A stretch of DNA of 62,428 nt, filler included, from a bacterium (GCA_026985515.1; 7 parts of 7 records of this genome joined end to end with filler, not necessarily neighbours in it), one strand, 5' to 3'; counted from the whole stretch's first letter, positions 49,454 to 58,581 are shown. Numbers and translations are program-made. The notes: generated from the letters alone by a model not told the origin.

Positions 49454-50050
49454 TTAAGTTTCTTCTTCCCACGCAATTGTAAGTTCAATGTAAGGTGTTT
49501 TGTCCTCCCACTCCCCTAGTCTTACAGATTTCAGTCTGATATTTTTGCAACCTTTCATTTCGAGAAGAGAAGATATACCTCCAATTGTCATATGTTGTAA
49601 CACCAGTCTGAGCCCGGGAATCTGATACAGGTAGGGTAAGCCAAGCCTGAAGGTACCCTCATTCTTACCACCTTTCACAAATTCTGCTCTTCCATTTTCA
49701 AAGATTTCTGGAACAATTTTTTCCGGGGCATATTTGAGTACATCAATTGGCGTTTTGAAAAGAATATTAAGATTTCTCACAAGTTCTCTTTTGATTATTA
49801 GTTTTGCTTCTTCTCTTCCAACTTCCTGAATAAATTTTCCAAGTCCATTTCCGTAACGATTTTCAGCAAGATTAAGAAGGCTGGTGAGACGAGAGAGAGG
49901 ATATTTAACATTCTCGAGCACCTCTTTTTTGAGTAGATCCTTCAGTTCTTCTGGCAGGGTTTCAAGAAATTTTTCATAGTCCTTTTTCCCATAAAGGGTA
50001 AGAATAGCGTTTCTCACAGCATAAAAATTTGATGCATGAACATTTACCAT
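49454..50050 (-). CDS. Hypothetical protein; paralog of 38672..39256
   Basis: AAAGGAGG RBS before ATG 50050; EVGR, TP.DV.KY.P, C-terminal GEWEDKTPYIELTIAWE. Confidence 0.6.
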   Translation of the reverse strand: MVNVHASNFYAVRNAILTLYGKKDYEKFLETLPEELKDLLKKEVLENVKYPLSRLTSLLNLAENRYGNGLGKFIQEVGREEAKLIIKRELVRNLNILFKTPIDVLKYAPEKIVPEIFENGRAEFVKGGKNEGTFRLGLPYLYQIPGLRLVLQHMTIGGISSLLEMKGCKNIRLKSVRLGEWEDKTPYIELTIAWEEET

Positions 50051-50145
50051 TGTATCACCTCCTTTGTTCATTATATGGGTTTGGTGAAAAAATCAAAACA
50101 ATGTTTTAATTTGACCATTTAAAGGATTTGAGGTAATATTTCATT

Positions 50146-51492
50146 GTGAGAAGACTGAGTTTAGCAGCCGTATTTTTATCCTTCTTTTTCTTATTCTCCT
50201 GTGGACCCCGGAAGAGTGAAAATTATCCGCCGGAAACTCTGCCAGAAATAAACTATTATTATCCGAATCTGGTTACAAATTACGGTATTGCAGGTTTTGG
50301 AAGGTCAAGTATTGATTTTCAGTTCAGGAAAATGGCAGAGGCGGGTCTCCAGATCGTGAGAAGGGAAATAACCTGGAGCGATGTTGAAAGAGAAAGGGGC
50401 AATTTTGATTTTTCATGGTATGATCAGATTGTGGACCTTGCCAGATCTTATGGATTGAGATATCTGGGTATACTTGCTTATGGAAACAGGTGGGCCTCAG
50501 AAGAGGGAAGTCAGATTGGAGGTCATGAGGGTGATTTTTATCCTCCCGATGATCTTGAAGATTTTGCAAATTATGTGTACACCACTGTTCAGCATTACCG
50601 CGGAAGGATAAAAATGTGGGAGGTGTGGAATGAACCAAATGGAGGTTACAGGTTCTGGAAGAGCAGTCTTGTGGGTGACCCGAAGGGTTACGCGGAACTG
50701 TTAAAAGTGGCCTACACTTCTGTGAAAAAGGCATGTCCGGAATGTATTGTTTCATATGCCGGGCTTTTCTATCATCAGGAAGCGATTATGGGAGCAGTTA
50801 CATTTTTAGAAAAAAGTTTTGAGGCTGCCCCTGACCTCGGTGATTACTTTGATGTTATGGCGTATCATCCATATCCATTTTACCCTCCCCTTGCCGCTCC
50901 CGAAAGTGACCAGTTTATAGAGGTTCCAATTTACACGATGAATGAAAATATTCTCTCGGTGCTGAAGATGAACGGTGTTAATAAGCCATTGTGGATAACT
51001 GAAATTGGCTGGCCCACAATCTATTCTCTCACAGAAGAGATGCAGGCTGAGTACCTGGTGAGGAGTTTTGCCCTCGCCTATGCAACAGGCGCCAGCATGT
51101 ATCTCTACTTCACATTCTGGGATTCCGATATCAGTCGAGCAATTGTACCCCCCGAGGCGGAGTTTGGATTATACAACTATCCCTATTCCACCACAGATTA
51201 TGAGTCTCTTGCCAAGAAAGGCTGGTTTGCATACACAGAGGTGGTGAAAATTCTCGGGGGAAAATGGTTTTCGGGAATCTGTAAAGATGTGAAGCTTGAT
51301 CCCCTCACCCAGTTTGCACTTAAATTTACATCTGCGACGGAGAGGGTCTGTGTTGTATGGAGTAAGGGGGGAAGGGAAAAACTTAAAATTGCCAATCGTC
51401 CTGATTTAATACTGGATATTTATGGTAGAAGTGTTACGCTCCCGGAGATAAGCGAATCTCCACTCTATCTCATATGGAAGGAGAATCGTTGA
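50146..51492 (+). CDS. Lipoprotein glycoside hydrolase, clan GH-A (GH5/GH39-like)
   Basis: Lipobox LFSC, WEVWNEPN acid/base, HPY, LWITEIGW nucleophile. Confidence 0.85.
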   Translation: MRRLSLAAVFLSFFFLFSCGPRKSENYPPETLPEINYYYPNLVTNYGIAGFGRSSIDFQFRKMAEAGLQIVRREITWSDVERERGNFDFSWYDQIVDLARSYGLRYLGILAYGNRWASEEGSQIGGHEGDFYPPDDLEDFANYVYTTVQHYRGRIKMWEVWNEPNGGYRFWKSSLVGDPKGYAELLKVAYTSVKKACPECIVSYAGLFYHQEAIMGAVTFLEKSFEAAPDLGDYFDVMAYHPYPFYPPLAAPESDQFIEVPIYTMNENILSVLKMNGVNKPLWITEIGWPTIYSLTEEMQAEYLVRSFALAYATGASMYLYFTFWDSDISRAIVPPEAEFGLYNYPYSTTDYESLAKKGWFAYTEVVKILGGKWFSGICKDVKLDPLTQFALKFTSATERVCVVWSKGGREKLKIANRPDLILDIYGRSVTLPEISESPLYLIWKENR

Positions 51493-51522
51493 AATTTCGA
51501 TCTTTCCAGATATGATAAAAAC

Positions 51523-52497
51523 ATGGTTGCAGTTATTCTGCTCAACTGGAATAACAGCAGAGATACTCTGGAATGCCTGAGATCTCTTATCTCTGACAGG
51601 TTTCCTCATAAGAGAATCATTGTTGTTGATAATGATTCATCAGCCAGAGATTATGAAAATCTTATTGCTGGAATAAGGGGGATGGGAAACAGTTTTAGGG
51701 AAATAAGGGAAGAAGAGATTGAGGAAGTTGATCCATCCACTCTGGATGATTTTCTTATTGTTGTGAAAAACAGGGAAAACTACGGATTTGCCGGCGGTAA
51801 CAACAGGGGTATAAAACTTGCCCTGAAATTTAGAGATGTAAAATATTTATGGCTGTTGAACAACGATACAGTGGTGAAGGATGACACTCTCCTGAATCTT
51901 GTAAAGAGAATTGAAAAAGATAACAGAACTGGATTCGTTGGGTCAGTACTTCTTTATTTCTCATATCCTGATAAAATTCAGGCAGTTGGGGGCGGAAAGT
52001 TTTACCCGTGGTTTGGAAGTGCAAGGTTGATCATGAAGGGAAAAAGTGTGCGGGGGAGGAAGTTCAGGGAGTTGAGAGAAGAGGAGGTTTTGAAAAGAAT
52101 AAACTACATTATGGGTGCCTCACTTATGGTGAGAAGAGAGGTTATTGAGCAGGCTGGTCTGCTTGATGAGGTTTTTTTTCTATATGGAGAAGAGGTTGAC
52201 TGGCAGTTAAGAGGGAGGAAGAAAGGCTGGAAAACAGGAGTTTCTCTGGATAGTTATGTGTATCATAAAGTCAGTGGCACTGTAAAAAGCAGGAGTTCCC
52301 TCTACAGATTTCACATGATGAGAAGCAGTACAATTGTGATTCTGAGGCATTATAGTTTTCTCTATCTCGGTTCCGCCCTTATATTTCAACTACTTTATTC
52401 TCTTGCAAAAATGGAGGGCATTTCCGGAATAAAGGATATTTTGAAGGGGTTTGGATCAGGATTAAGGGAATATTTTAAGAATCGAGCCACTTTGTGA
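51523..52497 (+). CDS. Glycosyltransferase family 2
   Basis: ILLNWN, VVDNDS, NYGFAGGNN, LLNND, FFLYGEEVD. Confidence 0.92.
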   Translation: MVAVILLNWNNSRDTLECLRSLISDRFPHKRIIVVDNDSSARDYENLIAGIRGMGNSFREIREEEIEEVDPSTLDDFLIVVKNRENYGFAGGNNRGIKLALKFRDVKYLWLLNNDTVVKDDTLLNLVKRIEKDNRTGFVGSVLLYFSYPDKIQAVGGGKFYPWFGSARLIMKGKSVRGRKFRELREEEVLKRINYIMGASLMVRREVIEQAGLLDEVFFLYGEEVDWQLRGRKKGWKTGVSLDSYVYHKVSGTVKSRSSLYRFHMMRSSTIVILRHYSFLYLGSALIFQLLYSLAKMEGISGIKDILKGFGSGLREYFKNRATL

Positions 52498-52705
52498 AAT
52501 AACACTTGATTGAGGATCCCGGCATAAAATCAGAAAAAACCTTAGAGGAAAAATCCACGGGGTCCAAAGATTTATGGATGAGATACCGGTTTGAGAAGGG
52601 TATGGGGAGTTGGTGATAAGGAGGGTGGATAACCCCAACTACTTGACTTTTCCTAAAAATTGTAGTATCAAGAAATTGTGAAATGATTTAAATGGGAGGG
52701 TTGAT

Positions 52706-52830
52706 ATGAAAAACTTTAAATTTCAATTAGTTAACTCTCTTCCTTCCTTCCTTCCTTCCTTCCTTCCTTTTAGCACTTTTTCTTCTATTTAACCCGCTTT
52801 TAAATTGGGACCTGCATGCAGGTAAGAAGT
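52706..52830 (+). CDS. 5' end of a secreted-protein gene frameshifted in its signal peptide by a (CTTC)7 tract; rest lost in linker
   Basis: GGGAGG RBS, ATG 52706 MKNFKFQLVNS; current frame stops at 52790; the +1 frame reads LALFLLFNPLLNWDLHA-GKK. Confidence 0.65.
52739..52769 (+). repeat. Perfect simple sequence repeat (CTTC)7 + CTT
   Basis: Read directly; starts at codon 12 of the ATG 52706 frame. Confidence 0.95.
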
Positions 52831-52930
52831 NNNNNNNNNNNNNNNNNNNNNNNNNNNNNNNNNNNNNNNNNNNNTTAATTAATTAANNNNNNNNNNNNNN
52901 NNNNNNNNNNNNNNNNNNNNNNNNNNNNNN
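52831..52930. other. Artificial contig linker
   Basis: 44 N + TTAATTAATTAA + 44 N. Confidence 0.98.
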
Positions 52931-52967
52931 TAAAATTTATTATTTTAAAAAACATACATTATATTCC

Positions 52968-52990
52968 GCCGTCACCCAAAAGGTGACGGC
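52968..52990. terminator. GC-rich hairpin, possible terminator
   Basis: GCCGTCACC-CAAAA-GGTGACGGC; no clear U-tract. Confidence 0.45.
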
Positions 52991-53272
52991 CGGTAAGAAG
53001 CTGATTTATAGTCAAAAAAGCATACGCTGGTTTAACCATATTTCTATTTGAGATTTTGGGAAGATCCTGTATGGGGAACATTAAGATACTTTCCACATGG
53101 TACCGGTAGTTTAGGTATTTACCCCTTTTCTTAGGAAATTTTTACCATAATCACAGGATTAAAATTTATTATCTGCCTTATTTTATTGAAAAGGGTAATT
53201 AATTCATCTAAATTTTTAGCTTTTCAAATGGTTTTTCCTCCTGTATCTTTGCAAGAGGATGAAAATAACTCA

Positions 53273-53301
53273 TTGACAGGTAACAGTTTACCTGATACTA
53301 T
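53273..53301 (+). promoter_or_regulatory. Promoter with internal inverted repeat upstream of MNT gene
   Basis: TTGACA-N17-TACTAT; CAGGTAA-CAGT-TTACCTG at 53277-53294. Confidence 0.65.
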
Positions 53302-53330
53302 TGAAAAAAGGCCTCTGGTAGGGTGTTATA

Positions 53331-53612
53331 ATGAAGAGGGAAATAATTGATAAAGTAGTTTCAATCTTGAAAAAATATGAAGCCGGAAAAATAGAGATCT
53401 TTGGCTCATATGCCAGAGGTGAAGAGACGTCTGAGAGTGACCTTGATATTATTGTGGAATTCGACGAAAGAAAAAGTCTTCTTCAACTTGTGGGGATAGA
53501 ACAGGAACTGGAAGATGCACTGGGAATAGAGGTAGATTTACTAACCAGGGAATCCATCAGCCCATATTTAATTGAAAAAATAGAAGAAGAAGCTATGGTT
53601 GTAATGGAATGA
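53331..53612 (+). CDS. Minimal nucleotidyltransferase (MNT/MntA-type antitoxin)
   Basis: FGSYARGE..SDLDIIVEF, EVDLLT; 93 aa. Confidence 0.9.
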   Translation: MKREIIDKVVSILKKYEAGKIEIFGSYARGEETSESDLDIIVEFDERKSLLQLVGIEQELEDALGIEVDLLTRESISPYLIEKIEEEAMVVME

Positions 53613-53750
53613 GGAATAGATTCTCACTTATATTAAGGGACTCAATTCTTCCAGTATGTTTGTGGCAATAGATGCCCCTTTAATCATTCCCAATGAAAAG
53701 GGTTATCGCGAGGCAGATAGAATTGTTGCCAGGGAATTTCACTTGATACC

Positions 53751-54989
53751 ATGAAGAAGATAAAGGTAAGAGTTTTTTCTGTTGAGAATCTGACTCTTGG
53801 AGGGATTGTAACGGGTATTGTTCTTGGTGTTTTCCTGCCGGAAGGAGGAAGTGTTGCAAAGATTCTCGGTGACATTTTTATAAGGCTTTTAAAAATGCTC
53901 ATAATTCCGCTTGTCTCTGTATCCATCATTTCCGCAATTCTAACCATAGAAAAAAAGGGGATTCTGAAGCAGATTGGTTTTTACACTATTGCATACTACC
54001 TGACAACAACCGCACTGGCTGTTACAACAGGTTTAATCCTCGTGGTGGTAATTCACCCCTCGGTACCTCTCAGGGGAGTAACGCACACCCTCTCTGGATC
54101 TGCCACCTGGAAAGATCTTCTACTTAGTTTTTTCCCTGAAAATATTGTTAAGAGCTTTGCAGAAGGAAAAGTGCTGCAGGTTATCCTCTTTGCAATCCTC
54201 TTTTCTGTAGCAGTCAATTTCCTTCCAGCGAAACAGAAGGGCATTTTAAAGGATCTGTTTCAGGCTTTCAATGAGGCTTTCATGGTAATAACCAGATGGA
54301 TTATTCTTCTAACGCCTGCAGGTGTTTTTGGGCTTGTGTATTACATAACATCCAGATATGGAGTTAAGAGCTTTGCTGAACTTGGCTGGTATATAGTCAC
54401 GGTGGTTACTGGACTGCTCTTCCATGCATTTGTGACTCTTCCCCTCCTGGGCTATTTTCTTGGCAGGTTTAATCCATATAAGTATTCTTCCAGTGTATCT
54501 GAGGCACTGTTAATTGCTCTTTCAACTGCTTCAAGTTCCGCCACCCTTCCAGTTTCCTTAAAGGTGGCAGAGGAGAAGGGAAAGGTGTCACCAGTTGTGG
54601 CTGCACTTGTTCTTCCCCTGGGAGCAACGATTAACATGGATGGAACCGCACTGTATGAAGCAGTAGCCACAGTTTTCATAGCAAATTCATATGGAGTTTC
54701 TCTTACAGCTGCTCAACTTATTGTCGTTTTTCTCACGGCAACCCTTGTTTCCATTGGTGCTGCAGGTATACAGGGAGCAGGAATGGTGATGATGACAATC
54801 GTACTGACTTCAGTGGGGCTACCTGTAGAGGGTATAGGCCTCATAGTTGTGGTGGACAGATTTCTCGATATGTTGAGAACTTCCGTGAATGTCTGGGGGG
54901 ATCTGACCGGTGCGAAGATTATAACAAGATTCTATGGAGGTGAAGATGATATGGCATCTGGTAATGTGGCGGGTGAAGGGGGAGGGTGA
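53751..54989 (+). CDS. Dicarboxylate/amino acid:cation symporter (GltP/SDF family)
   Basis: FIRLLKM, STASSSATLP, GATINMDGT, DRFLDMLRT.VNVWGD. Confidence 0.93.
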   Translation: MKKIKVRVFSVENLTLGGIVTGIVLGVFLPEGGSVAKILGDIFIRLLKMLIIPLVSVSIISAILTIEKKGILKQIGFYTIAYYLTTTALAVTTGLILVVVIHPSVPLRGVTHTLSGSATWKDLLLSFFPENIVKSFAEGKVLQVILFAILFSVAVNFLPAKQKGILKDLFQAFNEAFMVITRWIILLTPAGVFGLVYYITSRYGVKSFAELGWYIVTVVTGLLFHAFVTLPLLGYFLGRFNPYKYSSSVSEALLIALSTASSSATLPVSLKVAEEKGKVSPVVAALVLPLGATINMDGTALYEAVATVFIANSYGVSLTAAQLIVVFLTATLVSIGAAGIQGAGMVMMTIVLTSVGLPVEGIGLIVVVDRFLDMLRTSVNVWGDLTGAKIITRFYGGEDDMASGNVAGEGGG

Positions 54990-55242
54990 AGAGAAAAGAA
55001 GGAATATGGAAGAGATAGTGAAGATGTTGAGACAGCTTAAGGAAGTTATTCCTGAAGTGAAGGTGCTCCACACAGGTGTAAATTTTTCCACATCTTCCAG
55101 TGCCTTTGATGTGGGACTTATTACCGGATTTTCCAGCAATGTAGACCTTGAAAATTACAAAATTCATCCAGTGCATTTAAAAATTGTTGAGAGAATTAGA
55201 AAGTTAACATTGAAGGCAATAGTAGTTGATTTTGAAGATTAA
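54946..55242 (+). CDS. Dabb family stress-responsive A/B barrel protein
   Basis: MIWHLVMW, L..L...IP, Y.IHP.H, C-terminal VVDFE; GGAGG RBS. Confidence 0.85.
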   Translation: MIWHLVMWRVKGEGEEKRRNMEEIVKMLRQLKEVIPEVKVLHTGVNFSTSSSAFDVGLITGFSSNVDLENYKIHPVHLKIVERIRKLTLKAIVVDFED

Positions 55243-55312
55243 GAATATCTTATCAGAAAAATTTTGGTAAATAATATGTTGATGTTATAATTGAATTTAG
55301 TAGTGAGAAGCA

Positions 55313-56584
55313 ATGCTCAGTAATTATATAAAACCATCTGCGTTGGAGAATTTTCTCTTTTTGTTATCAGAAGCGGTGGATTTAGGTACCGGAAATCTTG
55401 CTCATCACCAGATAAGAACAGCATATATATCTTTTGAGATAGCGAACAAATTAAGGTTGAACCGGCGAGACGTCAATGAAATAACAATCTCTTCTCTTTT
55501 CCATGATATCGGGGCACTCTCAGTTGATGATAATTTACTTGATTCTCTGAAAGAATTCAAAGGTGATGACCCTCATTGCAAGGTTGGTGAGATAATTTTG
55601 AGAGATTTTCCTTTTTTGATAAAAGGGCCTATATATGTTAGATATCATCATACTCCTTATGACAAATTGTTGGAATTGGGTGTAGAAGCAAAATATCACA
55701 CTGGAGCACAAATTATTTTTCTATCGGACTACATTGAAAGGCAGATCAGGAAGTATAATATTGACTGTTTATTATATTTTAAAGGTGTCATTTTAAACCG
55801 TGTAACTGAATTATTGTCTATGGGGAAGGTAAATAAAGATATTTTCGAGGCTTTTATCGAAGTTAGTCAAAAAGAGTCGTTCTGGTTTAATCTTCGTTCT
55901 CCAAGTGTACTGCAATTTCTTTTACAGGAGGGGGAATTCTTGGGAGTTAAAAATAATGTTAGACTTTCTGATATATTAACATTTATTGTAAATGTAGTTG
56001 ATATTAAATCGAATTATACTATAGCCCATTCATCTGGGGTATCGGTCGCTTCAAGAAATATTGGTATTGTTATGGGACTTGATGTAGATGACGTAGAAAA
56101 ACTTCAACTGGCAGGATATCTACATGATATTGGGAAAATTGCAGCTCCTTCAAGAATACTAAATAAAAAAGGAAAATTAACACGGGAAGAGTATCTTATT
56201 ATACAAAGGCATCCTTATTATACTTACAGACTCCTCAATGCGATCGATGAGTTGAAATCATTTGTTTTTGCCGCTTTTCATCATGAGAATGAAAAGGGTA
56301 CCGGGTATCCTTTCGGGTTATCAGGGAAGGATCTTGATAAGTTTTCTAGGATTGTAAATGCAGCAGATCTGTTTACTGCCTTGTATGAAGATCGTCCGTA
56401 TAGAAAAAGAATGAGTGATAAAACGATAAAAGAGATTTTCCAACAAAGAGCGTCAGAAGGGTTGATGAAAAAATCAATTGCGAAAAGAGTTATTAACCAT
56501 TTTGGAGAAATAGCTCTTGCAATTAGAGAGGAACAGGAAAAAATAAGGGAATGGTACTCATCAAGGTTTGGTTCATTGTTATAA
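55313..56584 (+). CDS. Tandem HD / HD-GYP domain phosphodiesterase
   Basis: LFHDIG and YLHDIGK; HHENEKGTGYP; AADLFTALYEDRPYR. Confidence 0.9.
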   Translation: MLSNYIKPSALENFLFLLSEAVDLGTGNLAHHQIRTAYISFEIANKLRLNRRDVNEITISSLFHDIGALSVDDNLLDSLKEFKGDDPHCKVGEIILRDFPFLIKGPIYVRYHHTPYDKLLELGVEAKYHTGAQIIFLSDYIERQIRKYNIDCLLYFKGVILNRVTELLSMGKVNKDIFEAFIEVSQKESFWFNLRSPSVLQFLLQEGEFLGVKNNVRLSDILTFIVNVVDIKSNYTIAHSSGVSVASRNIGIVMGLDVDDVEKLQLAGYLHDIGKIAAPSRILNKKGKLTREEYLIIQRHPYYTYRLLNAIDELKSFVFAAFHHENEKGTGYPFGLSGKDLDKFSRIVNAADLFTALYEDRPYRKRMSDKTIKEIFQQRASEGLMKKSIAKRVINHFGEIALAIREEQEKIREWYSSRFGSLL

Positions 56585-56605
56585 ATAGTTAGAGAATTGC
56601 TCATT

Positions 56606-56634
56606 TTGCAACCACACGTCATTTTTGATAAAAT
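56606..56634 (+). promoter_or_regulatory. Promoter of the tRNA-tig-clpPX transcript
   Basis: TTGCAA-N17-TAAAAT with extended TG, 12 nt before tRNA-Pro. Confidence 0.6.
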
Positions 56635-56646
56635 ATTTTTTGGTGT

Positions 56647-56723
56647 CGGGGCGTAGCGCAGCATGGTAGCGCACCTGCCTTGGGAGCAGGGAGTCGGAGG
56701 TTCAAGTCCTCTCGCCCCGACCA
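56647..56723 (+). tRNA. tRNA-Pro(TGG)
   Basis: Acceptor CGGGGCG/CGCCCCG, anticodon stem CCTGC/GCAGG, TTCAAGT loop, CCA. Confidence 0.96.
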
Positions 56724-56735
56724 ATTAATCTGGCT

Positions 56736-56812
56736 GCGCCAGTGGCTCAATAGGATAGAGCAGCGGCCTTCTAAGCCGCGGGTTGGGGGTTCGAGTCCCT
56801 CCTGGCGCGCCA
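56736..56812 (+). tRNA. tRNA-Arg(TCT)
   Basis: GCGCCAG/CTGGCGC, GCGGC-CTTCTAA-GCCGC, CCA. Confidence 0.96.
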
Positions 56813-56823
56813 CTATTTTTCAT

Positions 56824-56900
56824 GGTGGGCGTAGCTCAACAGGTAGAGCGCTGGACTGTGGCTCCAGTGGCTGTGGGTTCAAGTCCCATCGCCCACCCCA
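56824..56900 (+). tRNA. tRNA-His(GTG)
   Basis: G-1 plus GTGGGCG/CGCCCAC, CTGGA-CTGTGGC-TCCAG, C73, CCA. Confidence 0.96.
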
Positions 56901-56918
56901 TAAATTGGCATATAAAAC

Positions 56919-56992
<74 letters not shown>

Positions 56993-57005
56993 CATTGGAT
57001 AGGGT

Positions 57006-57081
57006 GGGCCGCTAGCTCAGCTGGTAGAGCAGCAGACTCTTAATCTGCGGGTCGCAGGTTCGAATCCTGCGCGGCTCACCA
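57006..57081 (+). tRNA. tRNA-Lys(CTT)
   Basis: GGGCCGC/GCGGCTC, GCAGA-CTCTTAA-TCTGC, CCA. Confidence 0.96.
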
Positions 57082-57105
57082 TTTTTTATTATTGTGACAC
57101 CTGAG

Positions 57106-57191
57106 GCGGGGGTGGCGGAACTGGTAGACGCGCTGGACTTAGGATCCAGTGCCGATGAGGCGTGAGGGTTCGAGTCCCTCTCCCCGCACCA
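57106..57191 (+). tRNA. tRNA-Leu(TAG)
   Basis: GCGGGGG/TCCCCGC, CTGGA-CTTAGGA-TCCAG, long variable arm, CCA. Confidence 0.96.
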
Positions 57192-57213
57192 GAAATAGAT
57201 GAAAGGAGTGGAA

Positions 57214-58581
57214 ATGCCTGAGATCAATTTAAAGGACATTTCTCCAACCAGGAAAGAGATCGAAGTAAAGTACTCTGATACGGAGGTTAAATCCGCCATT
57301 GATGAATCTCTCTCAGAAATTCAGAAAAGTGCGACCCTTCCCGGTTTCAGGAAGGGGAGAGCACCCATCAATCTTATCAGAAGAAGGTATCTGAAAGCAG
57401 TTCTGGAGAAAGTTAAGGAGGATCTTTTTGAAGAGGGGTATGTTGAAGGGGTTAAGAAGGGCGAATGGAGAGTTCTCAAACTTCTTAAAACAGATATTGG
57501 AGAGGTTAAAGAGGGGGGGCCATTTACTTTTAAAGCTGAAGTAGAGGTTGCTCCAAAGGTTGAGAACCTCCAGTATGAGAATCTTGATGTTGATTTGAAC
57601 AAAAAGCCTGAGGAGGTCAAGGAGGAGGAGATTGAAAAAGTTATAAACAAAATGCGTCGTGATATTGCAGATGTTGTACCGGTTGAGGAGGAGAGGGAAG
57701 TAAAGGCTGGAGATGTGGTAAATGTTAATATTTCTGTTGAGAGAAAGGATTCTCCCGGTGAGTTTATGACCCTTTACGAAAATCAGGATGTACTGATTGA
57801 GGAAGATGAAGCCTTTCATACCGAGCTCAAAAGGAGCCTCATAGGTAAAAAACCTGGTGAGGAGTATGAACTTGAGGTTGAGGTTGATAAAGAGAAGGAA
57901 CTTGATGAAACAAGGGATAAGGTCAAGTACAAGGTAAAAGTAAACGAAATAAAGGTTCTTGACCTCCCCGAGGTAAATAAGGAATTTGCAGAAAAATTTG
58001 GATTTGAGAGTGTGGATGCCCTTAAGGATTACATAAGAGAGATGTTGCAGAAGGAAAAAGAGAAAAACTTTAATCAGGAGTTGACACAGGAGATCCTGGA
58101 TGCTCTTGTCAAAGCAAATCCCATTCCAGAGTTACCTGAGGTAACGACCAGCGAATACATAGAGGAGGAGTACAGGAAGGCGGGAGTGGATACTCTCCCT
58201 GAAGAGAGAAGGGAAGAGGTTAAACAGAAAATAGCGGATAATGTTAAGAAAGGGTTGAGGGAAACCTTTGTTGTCCTGCAGGTGGCTGAGAAGGAAAACA
58301 TCTCAGTTTCTGAAGCTGAGGTAGATGAATTTTTTGAGGAACAGGCAAAGTATCAGCCGGGTCAGATTACTCCTGAGCAGTTAAAACAGCTCTACATCCA
58401 GTCAGGGTTGATTAATAAGGTTAGAAGTGATATCCTATATAAGAAGGTTGTAGATAGAATAAAGGAGATTTTAAAAGGTAGCGAGGAGAAAAAAGAGAAA
58501 AATGAAGAAAAAGAACCAAGTGGAGAACTTCCTGGTCCCGATAGTGATAGAACAGAGCCACAGGGGGGAGAGGGCGTATGA
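57214..58581 (+). CDS. tig: Trigger factor
   Basis: Signature [10 protein letters not shown]; tRNA-Leu-tig-clpP-clpX synteny; AAGGAG RBS before ATG 57214. Confidence 0.93.
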   Translation: MPEINLKDISPTRKEIEVKYSDTEVKSAIDESLSEIQKSATLPGFRKGRAPINLIRRRYLKAVLEKVKEDLFEEGYVEGVKKGEWRVLKLLKTDIGEVKEGGPFTFKAEVEVAPKVENLQYENLDVDLNKKPEEVKEEEIEKVINKMRRDIADVVPVEEEREVKAGDVVNVNISVERKDSPGEFMTLYENQDVLIEEDEAFHTELKRSLIGKKPGEEYELEVEVDKEKELDETRDKVKYKVKVNEIKVLDLPEVNKEFAEKFGFESVDALKDYIREMLQKEKEKNFNQELTQEILDALVKANPIPELPEVTTSEYIEEEYRKAGVDTLPEERREEVKQKIADNVKKGLRETFVVLQVAEKENISVSEAEVDEFFEEQAKYQPGQITPEQLKQLYIQSGLINKVRSDILYKKVVDRIKEILKGSEEKKEKNEEKEPSGELPGPDSDRTEPQGGEGV

